Shown here one piece after another: positions 1 through 9,377 of a stretch of 57,201 nt of DNA. A program made the translations under genes and the position numbers. The stretch is from NCBI GenBank assembly GCA_013152375.1, contig JAADGM010000110.1:1-57201 (forward strand). The letters run 5' to 3'. The notes under the pieces were generated by a model that saw nothing but the letters and a program-made list of their open reading frames with translations, made no database searches and was not told where the DNA came from. Source of the stretch: FCB group bacterium. Its GTDB lineage: Bacteria; Fidelibacterota; Marinisomatia; SCGC-AAA003-L08; JACNLC01. Within the stretch, counting starts at the first letter, position 1; every line of letters begins with the position of its first letter.

Positions 1-91
1 CGGATACGGCAATACAATTGCGGGGGGAATGAAACAAGAAGACACGGCAGCGCCCGGGCTCCAGAGAGAACGAGGAATACCGGCAGCCTAC

Positions 92-161
92 CAACCCCAA
101 GGGGGTTGAATATGAATAGAAGAAAACGCAAAACATCAACCAACCCTGAAGGGGTTGAATA
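92..161 (+). repeat. 70-nt double-hairpin REP-like module, copy A (left of the Y1 transposase)
   Basis: Hairpin CAACCCC-aag-GGGGTTG (92-108), an A-rich spacer, then hairpin CAACCC-tgaag-GGGTTG (141-157). The same 70-nt module recurs at 823-892 with 66/70 identity. Confidence 0.85.
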
Positions 162-179
162 TAGATAGGAGGATATATC

Positions 180-626
180 ATGCCAACATACACGCAAATT
201 TTTTATCATATAGTCTTTGGCACCAGAAATCGCATACCCTGCATGAGCAAGACCAGCAGGACCAATTTGTTCAGATATATCTCAGGCGTTCTCGAAAATA
301 AAAAATGTCATCTTTACAGAATTAATGGCGTCGAGGATCATTTACATATCTTTACGCACATCAACCCATCTGTTGCTCTTGCAGATCTTGTCAAAGACAT
401 CAAACTCTCCACTTCAGACTGGATTAAAACCCAAAAAGTATTTCCAAAATTTCCAGGCTGGCAGAAAGGCTATGGCGCCTTTACAGCAGCAAAACATGAC
501 AAGGACAGGATTATCGCCTATATTATGAATCAGGAAGAGCACCATCAAAAAAGTTCGTTCAAAGAAGAGCTGAAGGAATTACTGTTAGAAGCGGGGATTC
601 AATTCAATGACAAATTTTTTATTTAA
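180..626 (+). CDS. Y1/HUH tyrosine transposase, IS200-like / REP-associated (RAYT-type), 148 aa
   Basis: N-terminal YHIVFGTRNR strand, HUH motif 'DHLHIF', 'GYGAF', and C-terminal catalytic Tyr helix 'AYIMNQEEHH' (YxxxQ). Size is typical of PF01797 proteins. Flanked by hairpin repeats. Confidence 0.85.
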   Translation: MPTYTQIFYHIVFGTRNRIPCMSKTSRTNLFRYISGVLENKKCHLYRINGVEDHLHIFTHINPSVALADLVKDIKLSTSDWIKTQKVFPKFPGWQKGYGAFTAAKHDKDRIIAYIMNQEEHHQKSSFKEELKELLLEAGIQFNDKFFI

Positions 627-700
627 TTTTCTTAAGACTATCAAAATGTACATTCTCAGGCTTTAATCATCTCTTGCAGTTCTTGCACAACAACTTCATT

Positions 701-717
701 GGACCCCTTCAGGGTCC
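701..717 (+). repeat. Single REP-like hairpin in inverted orientation (GGACCC-cttca-GGGTCC)
   Basis: The sequence ggaccccttcagggtcc matches the reverse complement of the module's second hairpin (caaccccttcagggttg) in 13 of 17 positions. The four differences are two compensatory changes at the stem ends. Confidence 0.55.
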
Positions 718-749
718 TTTGGAAAACGCCGATTACGGCTATTCACATT

Positions 750-769
750 CATCCGGCAGTTGCCGGATG
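750..769. other. Perfect 8-9 bp stem hairpin / palindrome between the transposase and REP module B
   Basis: catccggca-gt-tgccggatg is fully self-complementary. No T-tract follows on either strand, so it is not an obvious intrinsic terminator. Confidence 0.5.
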
Positions 770-822
770 CAAAACCATACGGATACGACGGCACAGGCAC
801 GAAGAGAGCGCCGTCTGATACC

Positions 823-892
823 CAACCCCGCAGGGGTTGAACATGAATAGAAGAAAACGCAAAACATCAACCAACCCTGAAGGGGTTGAATA
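823..892 (+). repeat. 70-nt double-hairpin REP-like module, copy B (right of the Y1 transposase, 21 nt upstream of dnaE2 ATG)
   Basis: Direct repeat of 92-161. Three of the four mismatches fall in the loop of hairpin 1 (aag to gca), and both stems are preserved. Confidence 0.85.
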
Positions 893-913
893 GGAAAACC
901 GATCACAGTCCCC

Positions 914-3900
914 ATGTTCGTCCATCTGAACACCCATTCCGTTTTTTCGAGGATGCGCGGAACCGCCGCTCCCCGTGAACTGGTTGCCCATGCGTCGGCC
1001 CGGGGCATGACCCATTTGGCCCTGACGGAAGTGAACGGCCTCTGGGGCTTCATCCGTTTCGTACAATTTGCCAAAGATCACGGTATTCTCCCCATCGCCG
1101 GCGTTAACCTCATCACCGAAACCGATGACATCGTCCTGCTGGTGGAAAACCAATCCGGTTATGAGAACCTGTGTCAGGTGATCTCCAGGGTTCACGACGA
1201 TCCGGGACAAAGCCTTAAGGCACTTCTCAAACACCGCTGCAGTGGTTTGTTCGCTCTCGCCCACCAGCCCCAAACTCTGAAACAACTCTCCCGGTTCCTG
1301 CAGGATACACATCTGTTTGTCGAGCTGCGACCCGGCACTACTGAGCGGCAGGCCCTGCAGTTATCCCGGAAATTCAAGCTTGAGATTGTGGTCACGGGAG
1401 ACGTGTATTTCATCCGGCCGGAGGACCAGAAAACCCATAAAGTGCTGCGGGCTATCGACAAAAATGCAACCCTCTCCCAGCTCACACCCGCTGACTTCAA
1501 AGATGAGCGGCACTATTTCCAGACTGAGAAGGATCTGATCCGTCAGTTTCCCAACAGTCTGGAGGCTCTGAACAATGCTCAGTACCTGGCAGAACGCTGC
1601 AAGACTAACTGGAACTATGTCAATACCATCTTCCCCGAAATGTCGCTGAAGGACACTCGTAATGCCAGTGAAAGGTTGCGAAAACTGGTCTATTCCGGCG
1701 CCCGCCTGCGCTTCGGTGAGATCACCCGTGCCGTCAACAAGCGCATCGAATACGAGCTCTACCTCATTACGCACAAAGGTTTCGCCCCCTATTTTCTGGT
1801 AGTACACGACATCGTAAAGCGCACCAAAGCCACTATCGGCAGGGGGTCAGGTGCCGCCTCCATTGTGAGTTACTGTCTGTTCATCACTCAGGTTGATCCT
1901 CTGAAATACAACCTGCAGTTCGAGCGCTTTATTCATCCCGAGCGCGTGGACATGCCGGATATCGATATCGATTTTCCCTGGGATGAGCGGGACGGCATCC
2001 TCGACTACGTCTTCAAAAAGTACGGTACGGCGCGTACTGCCATGGTCGCCAGCCAGGTCTTCATGCAGCCCCGTTCCGCCGTGCGGGAAGTGAGCAAAGT
2101 CTATGGCTTGTCCAACGAAGAGATCAAAGCCGTGACCAAACGGATTGGCTGGGGCCGGCGATACACCCAGCTCACCAAATGGATACAGAGTGATGACCGT
2201 TTTAAAAACCTGTCCCTTGACGACACATTGTTGGAGATCCTGGAGCAGAGCGAAAAGATCATCGGTGCTTTCCGTTATCCTTCGGTTCATCCCGGGGGTG
2301 TGATCATTGTACCGGATGAGATCCGAAAATATGTTCCGGTGCTTACAGCTCCCAAAGGTGTGCAGATCGTTGAGTGGGAAAAAGATCAGGTGGAGGATTC
2401 CGGCCTGCTGAAGATCGACCTCCTGGGAAACCGCTCGCTGGCAGTCGTGCGGGACACCCTGAAGCAAATCGGAGTTTACAACAGCGACTATATGGATTAT
2501 CACAAAATCCAGCCTGTAGGCGACCGCAAAACCAGGGCACTGATGAAAGCCGGACGCACAATGGGGGTTTTTTACATTGAGAGCCCTGCCACCCGCCAGT
2601 TGCTGGCCAAGGCGGGGATCGTGGATTTTGAACATGTGGTGATCTACTCGTCCATCATCCGGCCGGCGGCAAACCGCTTCACCAACCTCATGCTGGAGCG
2701 GATCCACGGCAAGCCCTGGCAGCTGCCGCATCCGGATCTGCATTTCCTCAAGGAGAGTTACGGCATCATGGTTTATGAAGAGCAGGTCTCAATGACAGCC
2801 CGGGAAATGGCGGGTTTCGGATATGCGGAAGCCGACTATCTGCGCAAAGTGATCTCCCGCCCCTCACTGAGTTACCTGGTTCCCCATTGGCGGGCGAAAT
2901 TCATCAAGGGCATGCTGAAACGGGGGCATAAAGAAAAACTGGCCCGGGATCTCTGGGCCATGGTGCAGTCTTTTTCCGGATATTCTTTCTGCAAACCCCA
3001 TTCGGCCTCCTACGCCATGCTGTCGTTCACCTGCGCCTATTTAAAAGCGCATTATCCGGCGGAATTCCTCTCATCGGTTATCACCAATCAGGGCGGCTTT
3101 TACGGCAGTTACGCCTATATGAGCGAAGCCCGGCGGTTCGGCATTAAGATCCTGCTGCCGGACATCAACCGCAGCGCCCGGGGCTACCGGGGCAGAAAAG
3201 ACCGCATGCGCATAGGCTTCGCGGCAATCAAAAATCTGCAGGAGAAAACCGTAACATCAATTCTGGACGAACGCAAAGCCGGGGAGTTCACCTCGCTGAA
3301 CGATTTTTTCCTGCGGGTGGAGCTCGACTTGGCGGATGCCATGGCCCTCACCAATGCCGGTTGCTTTGCCGCCCTGGCGCCGGACCTGACGCATAAGGAA
3401 ATCGCTTTCAGAGTTGCCTGCCTGCATCTGCAGAATGGCCGGGGTGACAGCCTGCCCCCTCCCGCCAACCGGATGCTCCTGACCCGGGCCGAGAGGATGA
3501 AACTGGAGATCGAATCTTTTGGTTTCCCCGTCACGGAGCACCCTCTCAGTCCCTATCTCTCCTATTTTTCCGGCCGGATCAAAAAAGCCCGCGATATTCC
3601 CCGTTACGTGGGCCAGACTATCAACCTTGCCGGCGTGTACATCACCCGCAAAGTCACCGCCACCCGCAAACATGAAGCCATGGAGTTTGTCACCTTTGAG
3701 GATGAGACGGATATTTACGAATGCGTCATGTTTCCCAACGCTTTTGCCCAATATGGCGATCTGCTCAATTGGGAGAAACTCTTTATATTACGAGGTAAGG
3801 TGGAGGAGGCATTTGGGGTTTATACGCTGACCATCGAGAAATTATCCAGCCTGCAGAGAATGATAAAACGCCTGTATCCCAGGCATCACCAGGTTCATCA

Positions 3901-3958
3901 GGAGCTGTCAGTGGGTACGGCCAGTGAGCCTGCACCGGATGAGATCGTCATGAGATGA
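914..3958 (+). CDS. dnaE2: DNA polymerase III alpha-subunit family, short error-prone DnaE2/ImuC-like form (1014 aa)
   Basis: PHP-domain start 'FVHLNTHSVFS', catalytic 'MPDIDIDF', 'FCKPHSASYA', and an OB-fold tail. The 1014-aa length fits DnaE2 better than replicative DnaE1 (~1150+ aa). The family call is secure; the subtype is inferred from length only. Confidence 0.75.
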   Translation: MFVHLNTHSVFSRMRGTAAPRELVAHASARGMTHLALTEVNGLWGFIRFVQFAKDHGILPIAGVNLITETDDIVLLVENQSGYENLCQVISRVHDDPGQSLKALLKHRCSGLFALAHQPQTLKQLSRFLQDTHLFVELRPGTTERQALQLSRKFKLEIVVTGDVYFIRPEDQKTHKVLRAIDKNATLSQLTPADFKDERHYFQTEKDLIRQFPNSLEALNNAQYLAERCKTNWNYVNTIFPEMSLKDTRNASERLRKLVYSGARLRFGEITRAVNKRIEYELYLITHKGFAPYFLVVHDIVKRTKATIGRGSGAASIVSYCLFITQVDPLKYNLQFERFIHPERVDMPDIDIDFPWDERDGILDYVFKKYGTARTAMVASQVFMQPRSAVREVSKVYGLSNEEIKAVTKRIGWGRRYTQLTKWIQSDDRFKNLSLDDTLLEILEQSEKIIGAFRYPSVHPGGVIIVPDEIRKYVPVLTAPKGVQIVEWEKDQVEDSGLLKIDLLGNRSLAVVRDTLKQIGVYNSDYMDYHKIQPVGDRKTRALMKAGRTMGVFYIESPATRQLLAKAGIVDFEHVVIYSSIIRPAANRFTNLMLERIHGKPWQLPHPDLHFLKESYGIMVYEEQVSMTAREMAGFGYAEADYLRKVISRPSLSYLVPHWRAKFIKGMLKRGHKEKLARDLWAMVQSFSGYSFCKPHSASYAMLSFTCAYLKAHYPAEFLSSVITNQGGFYGSYAYMSEARRFGIKILLPDINRSARGYRGRKDRMRIGFAAIKNLQEKTVTSILDERKAGEFTSLNDFFLRVELDLADAMALTNAGCFAALAPDLTHKEIAFRVACLHLQNGRGDSLPPPANRMLLTRAERMKLEIESFGFPVTEHPLSPYLSYFSGRIKKARDIPRYVGQTINLAGVYITRKVTATRKHEAMEFVTFEDETDIYECVMFPNAFAQYGDLLNWEKLFILRGKVEEAFGVYTLTIEKLSSLQRMIKRLYPRHHQVHQELSVGTASEPAPDEIVMR

Positions 3959-4057
3959 AAGCCTGAAACCTCTTGTAAAACAGGTCTATGATATTTGGGC
4001 GTTTGCTCTTTCACCCTGCAAAACTGACACATAATAGAATAAAATGAAAATTTTAAT

Positions 4058-4720
4058 ATGCATCCTGTCAAAGCAATAATTTTTGATCTCGACGGAACTC
4101 TGCTTGATACTATCGAGGATATCGGAGCCGCCATGAATGCCGTTCTGAGTGATTTTGGCTTTCCCCCTCATGAGATTGAAAGATACAAAATGTTCGTCGG
4201 GGATGGAGCCGGTGAACTGGTTTCCAGAGCGCTGCCCGAGGAAAGCCGAACAGATGAGATCATCCGCAGTGGGGTGAACCTGTTCGTGTCATATTATGAC
4301 GAATTCTGGCGTAATCATACACATCTCTACCCGGGAATTTCCGGCTTGCTGGAAACACTCTGCCAACGAGACATCCCCCTGGCAATACTCTCCAATAAAC
4401 CCCATGCTTTCGCCCTGACCATGGTTGAGGAATTGCTCCCCGACCAGGAATTTGACATCGTGCGCGGGCTGCAGGAAGAAATCCCTAAAAAACCGGATCC
4501 AACCGGCGCCATATTGATCGCCGAACGCTTACGTATCCTGCCGGAACATTTTTGTTTTGTGGGAGATTCCGGTATCGATATGCACACCGCCGTAAGTGCC
4601 GGGATGTTCCCCTGCGGGGTTTCGTGGGGCTTTCGAAGTAAACAGGAACTGCTCTCGGCCGGTGCGCAGAAACTGCTGAATAAACCGGATGAACTTTTGA
4701 GCCTGATAGCTTTGAGATGA
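4058..4720 (+). CDS. HAD-superfamily hydrolase, phosphoglycolate-phosphatase-like
   Basis: Motif I 'IIFDLDGTLLDT', 'ILSNK', and a 'GDSGIDM' motif IV-like acidic pair. Stop overlaps the next start (ATGA). Confidence 0.8.
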   Translation: MHPVKAIIFDLDGTLLDTIEDIGAAMNAVLSDFGFPPHEIERYKMFVGDGAGELVSRALPEESRTDEIIRSGVNLFVSYYDEFWRNHTHLYPGISGLLETLCQRDIPLAILSNKPHAFALTMVEELLPDQEFDIVRGLQEEIPKKPDPTGAILIAERLRILPEHFCFVGDSGIDMHTAVSAGMFPCGVSWGFRSKQELLSAGAQKLLNKPDELLSLIALR

Positions 4721-6372
4721 ATAGTATAATGACTGAAAAAGTGAAATACTCGGGGAATATAGTCGATGTCGTAAAAAACGAGATCTTTCCGGGCTCCCTT
4801 TTTGTGGAAGACGGCCGCATTTCACAGGTCACGCGGGAGAACCGCTCATACGACAAGTACATTCTGCCCGGGTTCGTTGATGCGCATATCCATATTGAGA
4901 GTTCCATGCTGCCCCCCTCCGAATTTGCCAGGGTCTGTGCCCTCCACGGAACCGTTGCCGCTGTTGCGGATCCTCACGAAATTGCCAATGTCCTCGGAAT
5001 GCGGGGCATCCAGTTCATGCTGGAAAGTGCCTCGAAAGTACCTGTCAAATTTTATTTCAGCGCCCCCTCGTGTGTACCTGCAACGGATTTTGAGACCAGC
5101 GGTGCCGAACTGGGTGTCAATCAACTGGATGATCTGCTGGGCCGCAATGAGATAAAATACATGGGAGAAATGATGAATTATCCCGGTGTAATTTCTGACG
5201 TTCCGGAGATCCTGAAAAAGTTGGCGCTCGCAAAGAAACATGCCAAACCAATCGATGGTCACGCGCCCGGGTTGTCCGGACAGAATCTGAAAAAGTACAT
5301 CTCAGCCGGAATTTCCACCGACCATGAATGTTTTACCCGGGAGGAAGCTCTTGAAAAAATCAGGTTGGGGATGAAAATTCTCATCCGGGAAGGTTCGGCG
5401 GCTAAAAACCTTAACACGCTTCTTCCGATAGCAAAAGCGTATCCCGGGCGCTGTATGTTCTGCAGCGATGATAAACATCCTGACGACCTCCTAAAGGGAC
5501 ATATCAATCAAATGGTAAGGATGGCTCTGAATTATGGTCTTGATATGCTGACGGTTTCACAAATTGCGACGCTGAACCCGGTTCGTCATTATGGCCTGGA
5601 TATTGGTCTGCTGCAAACGGGAGACAGCGCTGATTTCCTGATCGTTGAGGATCCGAAGAGTCTTAAAATCACACATACAATCATCGCCGGGACCCCGGTA
5701 GCACTTGAAGGCAGGCCTCTCCTCCCGCATCAGCCAGAATCTCAGGTCAACAATTTCACTGCTGTTGAAAAATCAATCACCGACTTTGAAATAAATGCTT
5801 CCACCGGCAACAATATCAGGGTTATCGAAGTGCAGGATGGCCAGTTGATCACAAACGAAACTACGCTCAGACCAAAAGTGGCTGAAGGACGGGTCATCTC
5901 CGATACGCATCGGGATATTTTAAAGCTCGCGGTGGTCAATCGATATCAGGAGGCTCCTCCTGCAATTGCTTTCGTTAAAAATTTTGGATTTAAAACCGGA
6001 GCCATCGCCTCTTCTGTGGCGCATGACTCACACAATATCATTGCCGTTGGTTCAAATGATGGGGATCTGTGTGAAGCGGTTAACCTGGTTATCCGGCATG
6101 GCGGCGGAGTGGTCCTGGTTGATGGGCGCCATTCCCTTAAATTAGTCCTGCCTCTTCCCATCGCGGGCCTGATGAGCAATTTAACCTACTCTGAAACTGC
6201 TCAGACTTATACGAGGTTGGATCAAGCCGCAAAACAACTGGGGACACAGCTGCAGGCTCCCTTCATGACCCTGTCATTTTTGGCCTTACTGGTCATCCCC
6301 GAACTGAAATTGAGTGACCGGGGACTCTTTGATTCCAACCGGTTTCAGTTTGTCGATCTATTTACGATCTGA
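4717..6372 (+). CDS. ade: Adenine deaminase
   Basis: Amidohydrolase metal motif 'GFVDAHIHIESSML', 'IDGHAPG', 'STDHEC', a C-terminal 'SVAHDSHNIIAVG' domain, and 551 aa are all typical of Ade. Confidence 0.85.
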   Translation: MNSIMTEKVKYSGNIVDVVKNEIFPGSLFVEDGRISQVTRENRSYDKYILPGFVDAHIHIESSMLPPSEFARVCALHGTVAAVADPHEIANVLGMRGIQFMLESASKVPVKFYFSAPSCVPATDFETSGAELGVNQLDDLLGRNEIKYMGEMMNYPGVISDVPEILKKLALAKKHAKPIDGHAPGLSGQNLKKYISAGISTDHECFTREEALEKIRLGMKILIREGSAAKNLNTLLPIAKAYPGRCMFCSDDKHPDDLLKGHINQMVRMALNYGLDMLTVSQIATLNPVRHYGLDIGLLQTGDSADFLIVEDPKSLKITHTIIAGTPVALEGRPLLPHQPESQVNNFTAVEKSITDFEINASTGNNIRVIEVQDGQLITNETTLRPKVAEGRVISDTHRDILKLAVVNRYQEAPPAIAFVKNFGFKTGAIASSVAHDSHNIIAVGSNDGDLCEAVNLVIRHGGGVVLVDGRHSLKLVLPLPIAGLMSNLTYSETAQTYTRLDQAAKQLGTQLQAPFMTLSFLALLVIPELKLSDRGLFDSNRFQFVDLFTI

Positions 6373-6419
6373 CCGAAAGCCCGGGCAGCCACAAGGCTCA
6401 AAATATCAGAAAGGAATCT

Positions 6420-7070
6420 ATGCACAACTCTTTCGGTAATATTATTTTTGATGTAGGGAATGTACTGCTGCGCTGGAATCCGGCAAAAGTCATTGCCGAA
6501 AAATTCCCCCCGGGGATAGCCGAAAAATTACAGTCTGCCGAGACCGTTCTGCACACTCACTGGCATGACCTCGATCGGGGAACCCTCACGCGCGAAGAAG
6601 CGATAAATCTATTTGCCGGACTTGCAGATATTCCCCTGGAAGTCATGCGGGAAGTCTATTTTGCATTGCGGGATTCTCTCGATCTTGACCCTGCAGCCTA
6701 TGACCTGTTGCTGGACCTCTCACACAGCGGTTATACCTTATTTTGTATTTCAAATATGTCTCTGGATTTTTGGGAATATCTCAAGCTCCGATACACTTTC
6801 TGGACCGTTTTCAACGACATAATCATTTCCGCCGAAGTGCGGATGATCAAACCGGATAAAGAAATTTTTCAACATGCCATAGACCGATTCGGCATTGATC
6901 CCCGGCAGAGCATATTCATTGATGACAGCCTTCCCAACATCACTGCAGCTACTGACCTGGACCTCACGGGGATTCTTTTCCTAAATGCCCGTCACTGCCG
7001 GCACAGGCTTGAAGAGATCATCGGAAATCCGCTGCAAAGTAAACCGGATAACACTGATGTGCGGACGTAA
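6420..7070 (+). CDS. HAD-IA hydrolase, YihX-like sugar-phosphate phosphatase type
   Basis: N-terminal 'IIFDVGNVLL' (the FDxGNV variant of HAD motif I), 'ISNMS', and 'FIDDSLPN'. Confidence 0.7.
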   Translation: MHNSFGNIIFDVGNVLLRWNPAKVIAEKFPPGIAEKLQSAETVLHTHWHDLDRGTLTREEAINLFAGLADIPLEVMREVYFALRDSLDLDPAAYDLLLDLSHSGYTLFCISNMSLDFWEYLKLRYTFWTVFNDIIISAEVRMIKPDKEIFQHAIDRFGIDPRQSIFIDDSLPNITAATDLDLTGILFLNARHCRHRLEEIIGNPLQSKPDNTDVRT

Positions 7071-7722
7071 AACACTTACAAAAGGCAAACGGAGAATCCT
7101 GGAAGAACTCTCTGTCGAGAAATGGGAAAGTGATTTCAACTGGGAACCCAGTTATAATATCGCACCCACACAGTCGGTTCCTGTCCTGACGTTTGACGGT
7201 GCTCGGAAGATTGGTCTGATGAGATGGGGGCTTATCCCCAATTGGGCAAAGGATCTCAAAATCGGAGCCCGCATGATCAACGCACGAGCCGAGACATTGA
7301 CGGAAAAACCCTCCTATCGGAATTTGCTCAGCCGAAACCGATGTGTAGTCATCTGCGACGGGTATTTTGAATGGCAGCAGACTGCAGCTGCAAAGACTCC
7401 CTTTTACATTCATTTCCCTGACCGGTCAATCATGCCACTGGCAGGTCTGTGGGACCGCTGGCGGGCTGACGGTGGAAAGATCATCGACTCTTATACAGTG
7501 ATCACAACAACTCCCGGAAATCTGCTGCGCCCTATCCATAACCGCATGCCTGCCATCCTGCCCGCCGACGCTATCGATAAATGGATTGACACACAGCATT
7601 TCTCTGCTGAATCCGCTCTTAGTTTGCTTGTACCTTTTTCAGGGGCAATCGACTATTATGAAGTTTCTTCTTATGTAAATTCACCTGCGAATAATTCCCC
7701 AAAATGTATCGAAGGCATTTGA
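7057..7722 (+). CDS. SOS-response-associated peptidase (SRAP / YedK / HMCES family)
   Basis: The family requires an N-terminal Met-Cys. An internal ATG at 7057 gives 'MCGRKTL'. Also 'YNIAPTQ', 'MRWGLIPNWAK', 'INARAETL' and 'NRMPAIL'. The ORF-track start at 6985 is probably too far upstream. Confidence 0.85.
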   Translation: MCGRKTLTKGKRRILEELSVEKWESDFNWEPSYNIAPTQSVPVLTFDGARKIGLMRWGLIPNWAKDLKIGARMINARAETLTEKPSYRNLLSRNRCVVICDGYFEWQQTAAAKTPFYIHFPDRSIMPLAGLWDRWRADGGKIIDSYTVITTTPGNLLRPIHNRMPAILPADAIDKWIDTQHFSAESALSLLVPFSGAIDYYEVSSYVNSPANNSPKCIEGI

Positions 7723-8990
7723 ACTGCTCTGATTTGAAGTCTGCAATTCTGTATGAAGTCTTCCCCCGAAACCATGGAAAAACGGGCACTTTCCAGGATA
7801 TCACCGACGACCTTGAGCGCATCCGCTCCCTCGGAACTGATATCGTTTGGCTCATGCCTTTTTATCCGACCGGCAGGCTGAACCGTAAAGGGAAATCAGG
7901 AAGTCCCTATGCAATTTCCGACTACCGCTCAATCGACCCTGCCCTGGGCGACTTTGATGATTTTCAGGTGCTCGTAGAGTCGGTACACGATCTTGGGATG
8001 AAACTCATCATCGACATTGTTTTCAACCATACATCCTGCGACTCCAACTTGATAAAAACGCACCCCGATTGGTTTTTAAAAGACGAAGCGGGTAATTTCT
8101 CGCGGAAAGAAAATAATTGGTCTGATGTGTATGATCTGGATTATTCACAGACCGAACTTTGGAGAGCTCAAATCGACACGCTCAAATTCTGGTGTGCCCG
8201 GGGAATCGATGGCTTCCGCTGTGATGTCGCTTCGCTGGTACCGCTCAGATTCTGGGAATCTGCGAGATCAACTGTCGACCCTGACAGAAAATTGATCTGG
8301 CTCGCGGAAAGTGTTCACAAATCTTTCGTTCACCATCTGCGAAAGGAAGGTTTTTATTGCAGTTCAGACCCGGAATTACATTCGGTCTTTGACCTGACAT
8401 ACGACTATGACGGGTTTGAGTATCTTACACCCGCGCTCGAAAAGGGGCAGCCTATCGGCCCATATCTTAATCACCTTTTCATACAGCAAACTCTGTATCC
8501 GGCTGATTCCTGTAAGCTCCGATTCCTGGAGAATCACGACGTCCCCAGAGTCGCCGGAAGAGTAACGAATCAGCGGTGTTTGAAAAACTGGAGCGTATTT
8601 TACGCCCTCCTCCCCGGGACAACCCTGATCTATGCGGGGCAGGAATACGGCCTGACGCATCTACCAAATTTATTTGAAAGGGACAAGATCAACTGGCCGG
8701 AAAAGGCGGTAGGATTTTATAATTTTTTTAAAAAACTGATGATCGTAAGCAGAAAAATCAAACGCGCAGGAACTGATTTTGACATCCGGGAGATCCAACG
8801 GGGACTTCTCCAAATTTCATGGTCCGGGAAAAAAGATAAATTTACCGCGCTGGCGGATCTTTCGCTTAATACTTCAGAATATCATTTGGACATGCCGCTC
8901 TCGGGAGAGGAATTACTGACTTGCAATTCCCTCCAAAGACCAACCGGCATCACCCGTCGAATGCTCCCGCTTATTTTTCAGACCGCCTAG
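7704..8990 (+). CDS. GH13 alpha-amylase-family glycoside hydrolase
   Basis: GH13 conserved regions 'DIVFNHTS', 'GFRCDVA', 'LAES' and 'FLENHD'. Confidence 0.85.
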   Translation: MYRRHLNCSDLKSAILYEVFPRNHGKTGTFQDITDDLERIRSLGTDIVWLMPFYPTGRLNRKGKSGSPYAISDYRSIDPALGDFDDFQVLVESVHDLGMKLIIDIVFNHTSCDSNLIKTHPDWFLKDEAGNFSRKENNWSDVYDLDYSQTELWRAQIDTLKFWCARGIDGFRCDVASLVPLRFWESARSTVDPDRKLIWLAESVHKSFVHHLRKEGFYCSSDPELHSVFDLTYDYDGFEYLTPALEKGQPIGPYLNHLFIQQTLYPADSCKLRFLENHDVPRVAGRVTNQRCLKNWSVFYALLPGTTLIYAGQEYGLTHLPNLFERDKINWPEKAVGFYNFFKKLMIVSRKIKRAGTDFDIREIQRGLLQISWSGKKDKFTALADLSLNTSEYHLDMPLSGEELLTCNSLQRPTGITRRMLPLIFQTA

Positions 8991-9008
8991 AACTTCTTCT
9001 CGAATCGT

Positions 9009-9377
9009 CTATTCAATAAAATCCGAAATATAAACATTTGTTGCCCGGGGATTGTCCGCATCCCGGTTAGAGGCGAAGACCAGTTTTTTCCCGTCAGGTG
9101 AGAACATGGGAAAGGCATCAAAAGTATCATTATGCGTCAGCCTGATGAGATTTGTTCCGTCCACATTGATCATGTAAATTTCAAAGTTATGACCGAAGGC
9201 ATTGTACTCATCGTTCCAGTCGTCCATATTGGAGGCAAATACAATTCGTTTTCCATCAGGGTGCCATGAGGGTGCCCAGTTCGTTGCGCCGTTGTGCGTT
9301 ATCTGTACCTTATCGGAACCGTCTGCATTGGCAACATATATCTCGAGGGGAACGGCATTGATATAACTTTTATCCAT
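9009..9377 (-). CDS. PD40/WD40-like beta-propeller protein, C-terminal fragment of a frameshifted gene
   Basis: PD40 repeats 'WHPDGKRIVFAS' and 'FSPDGKKLVFAS'. It continues the upstream ORF once one copy of an 8-bp duplication is removed. Confidence 0.7.
   Translation of the reverse strand: MDKSYINAVPLEIYVANADGSDKVQITHNGATNWAPSWHPDGKRIVFASNMDDWNDEYNAFGHNFEIYMINVDGTNLIRLTHNDTFDAFPMFSPDGKKLVFASNRDADNPRATNVYISDFIE

Noticed and set aside
325-528. 67-aa ORF nested in another frame of the Y1 transposase
   Set aside because: It is fully contained in the transposase CDS and no support can be seen for it.
1847-2743. 298-aa ORF antisense to dnaE2, together with other long antisense ORFs at 749-1312, 1361-1807 and 3257-3751
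   Set aside because: It lies entirely inside a well-supported gene on the other strand, has Arg/Gly/His-rich low-complexity composition and no recognisable motif. Shadow ORFs like this are typical.
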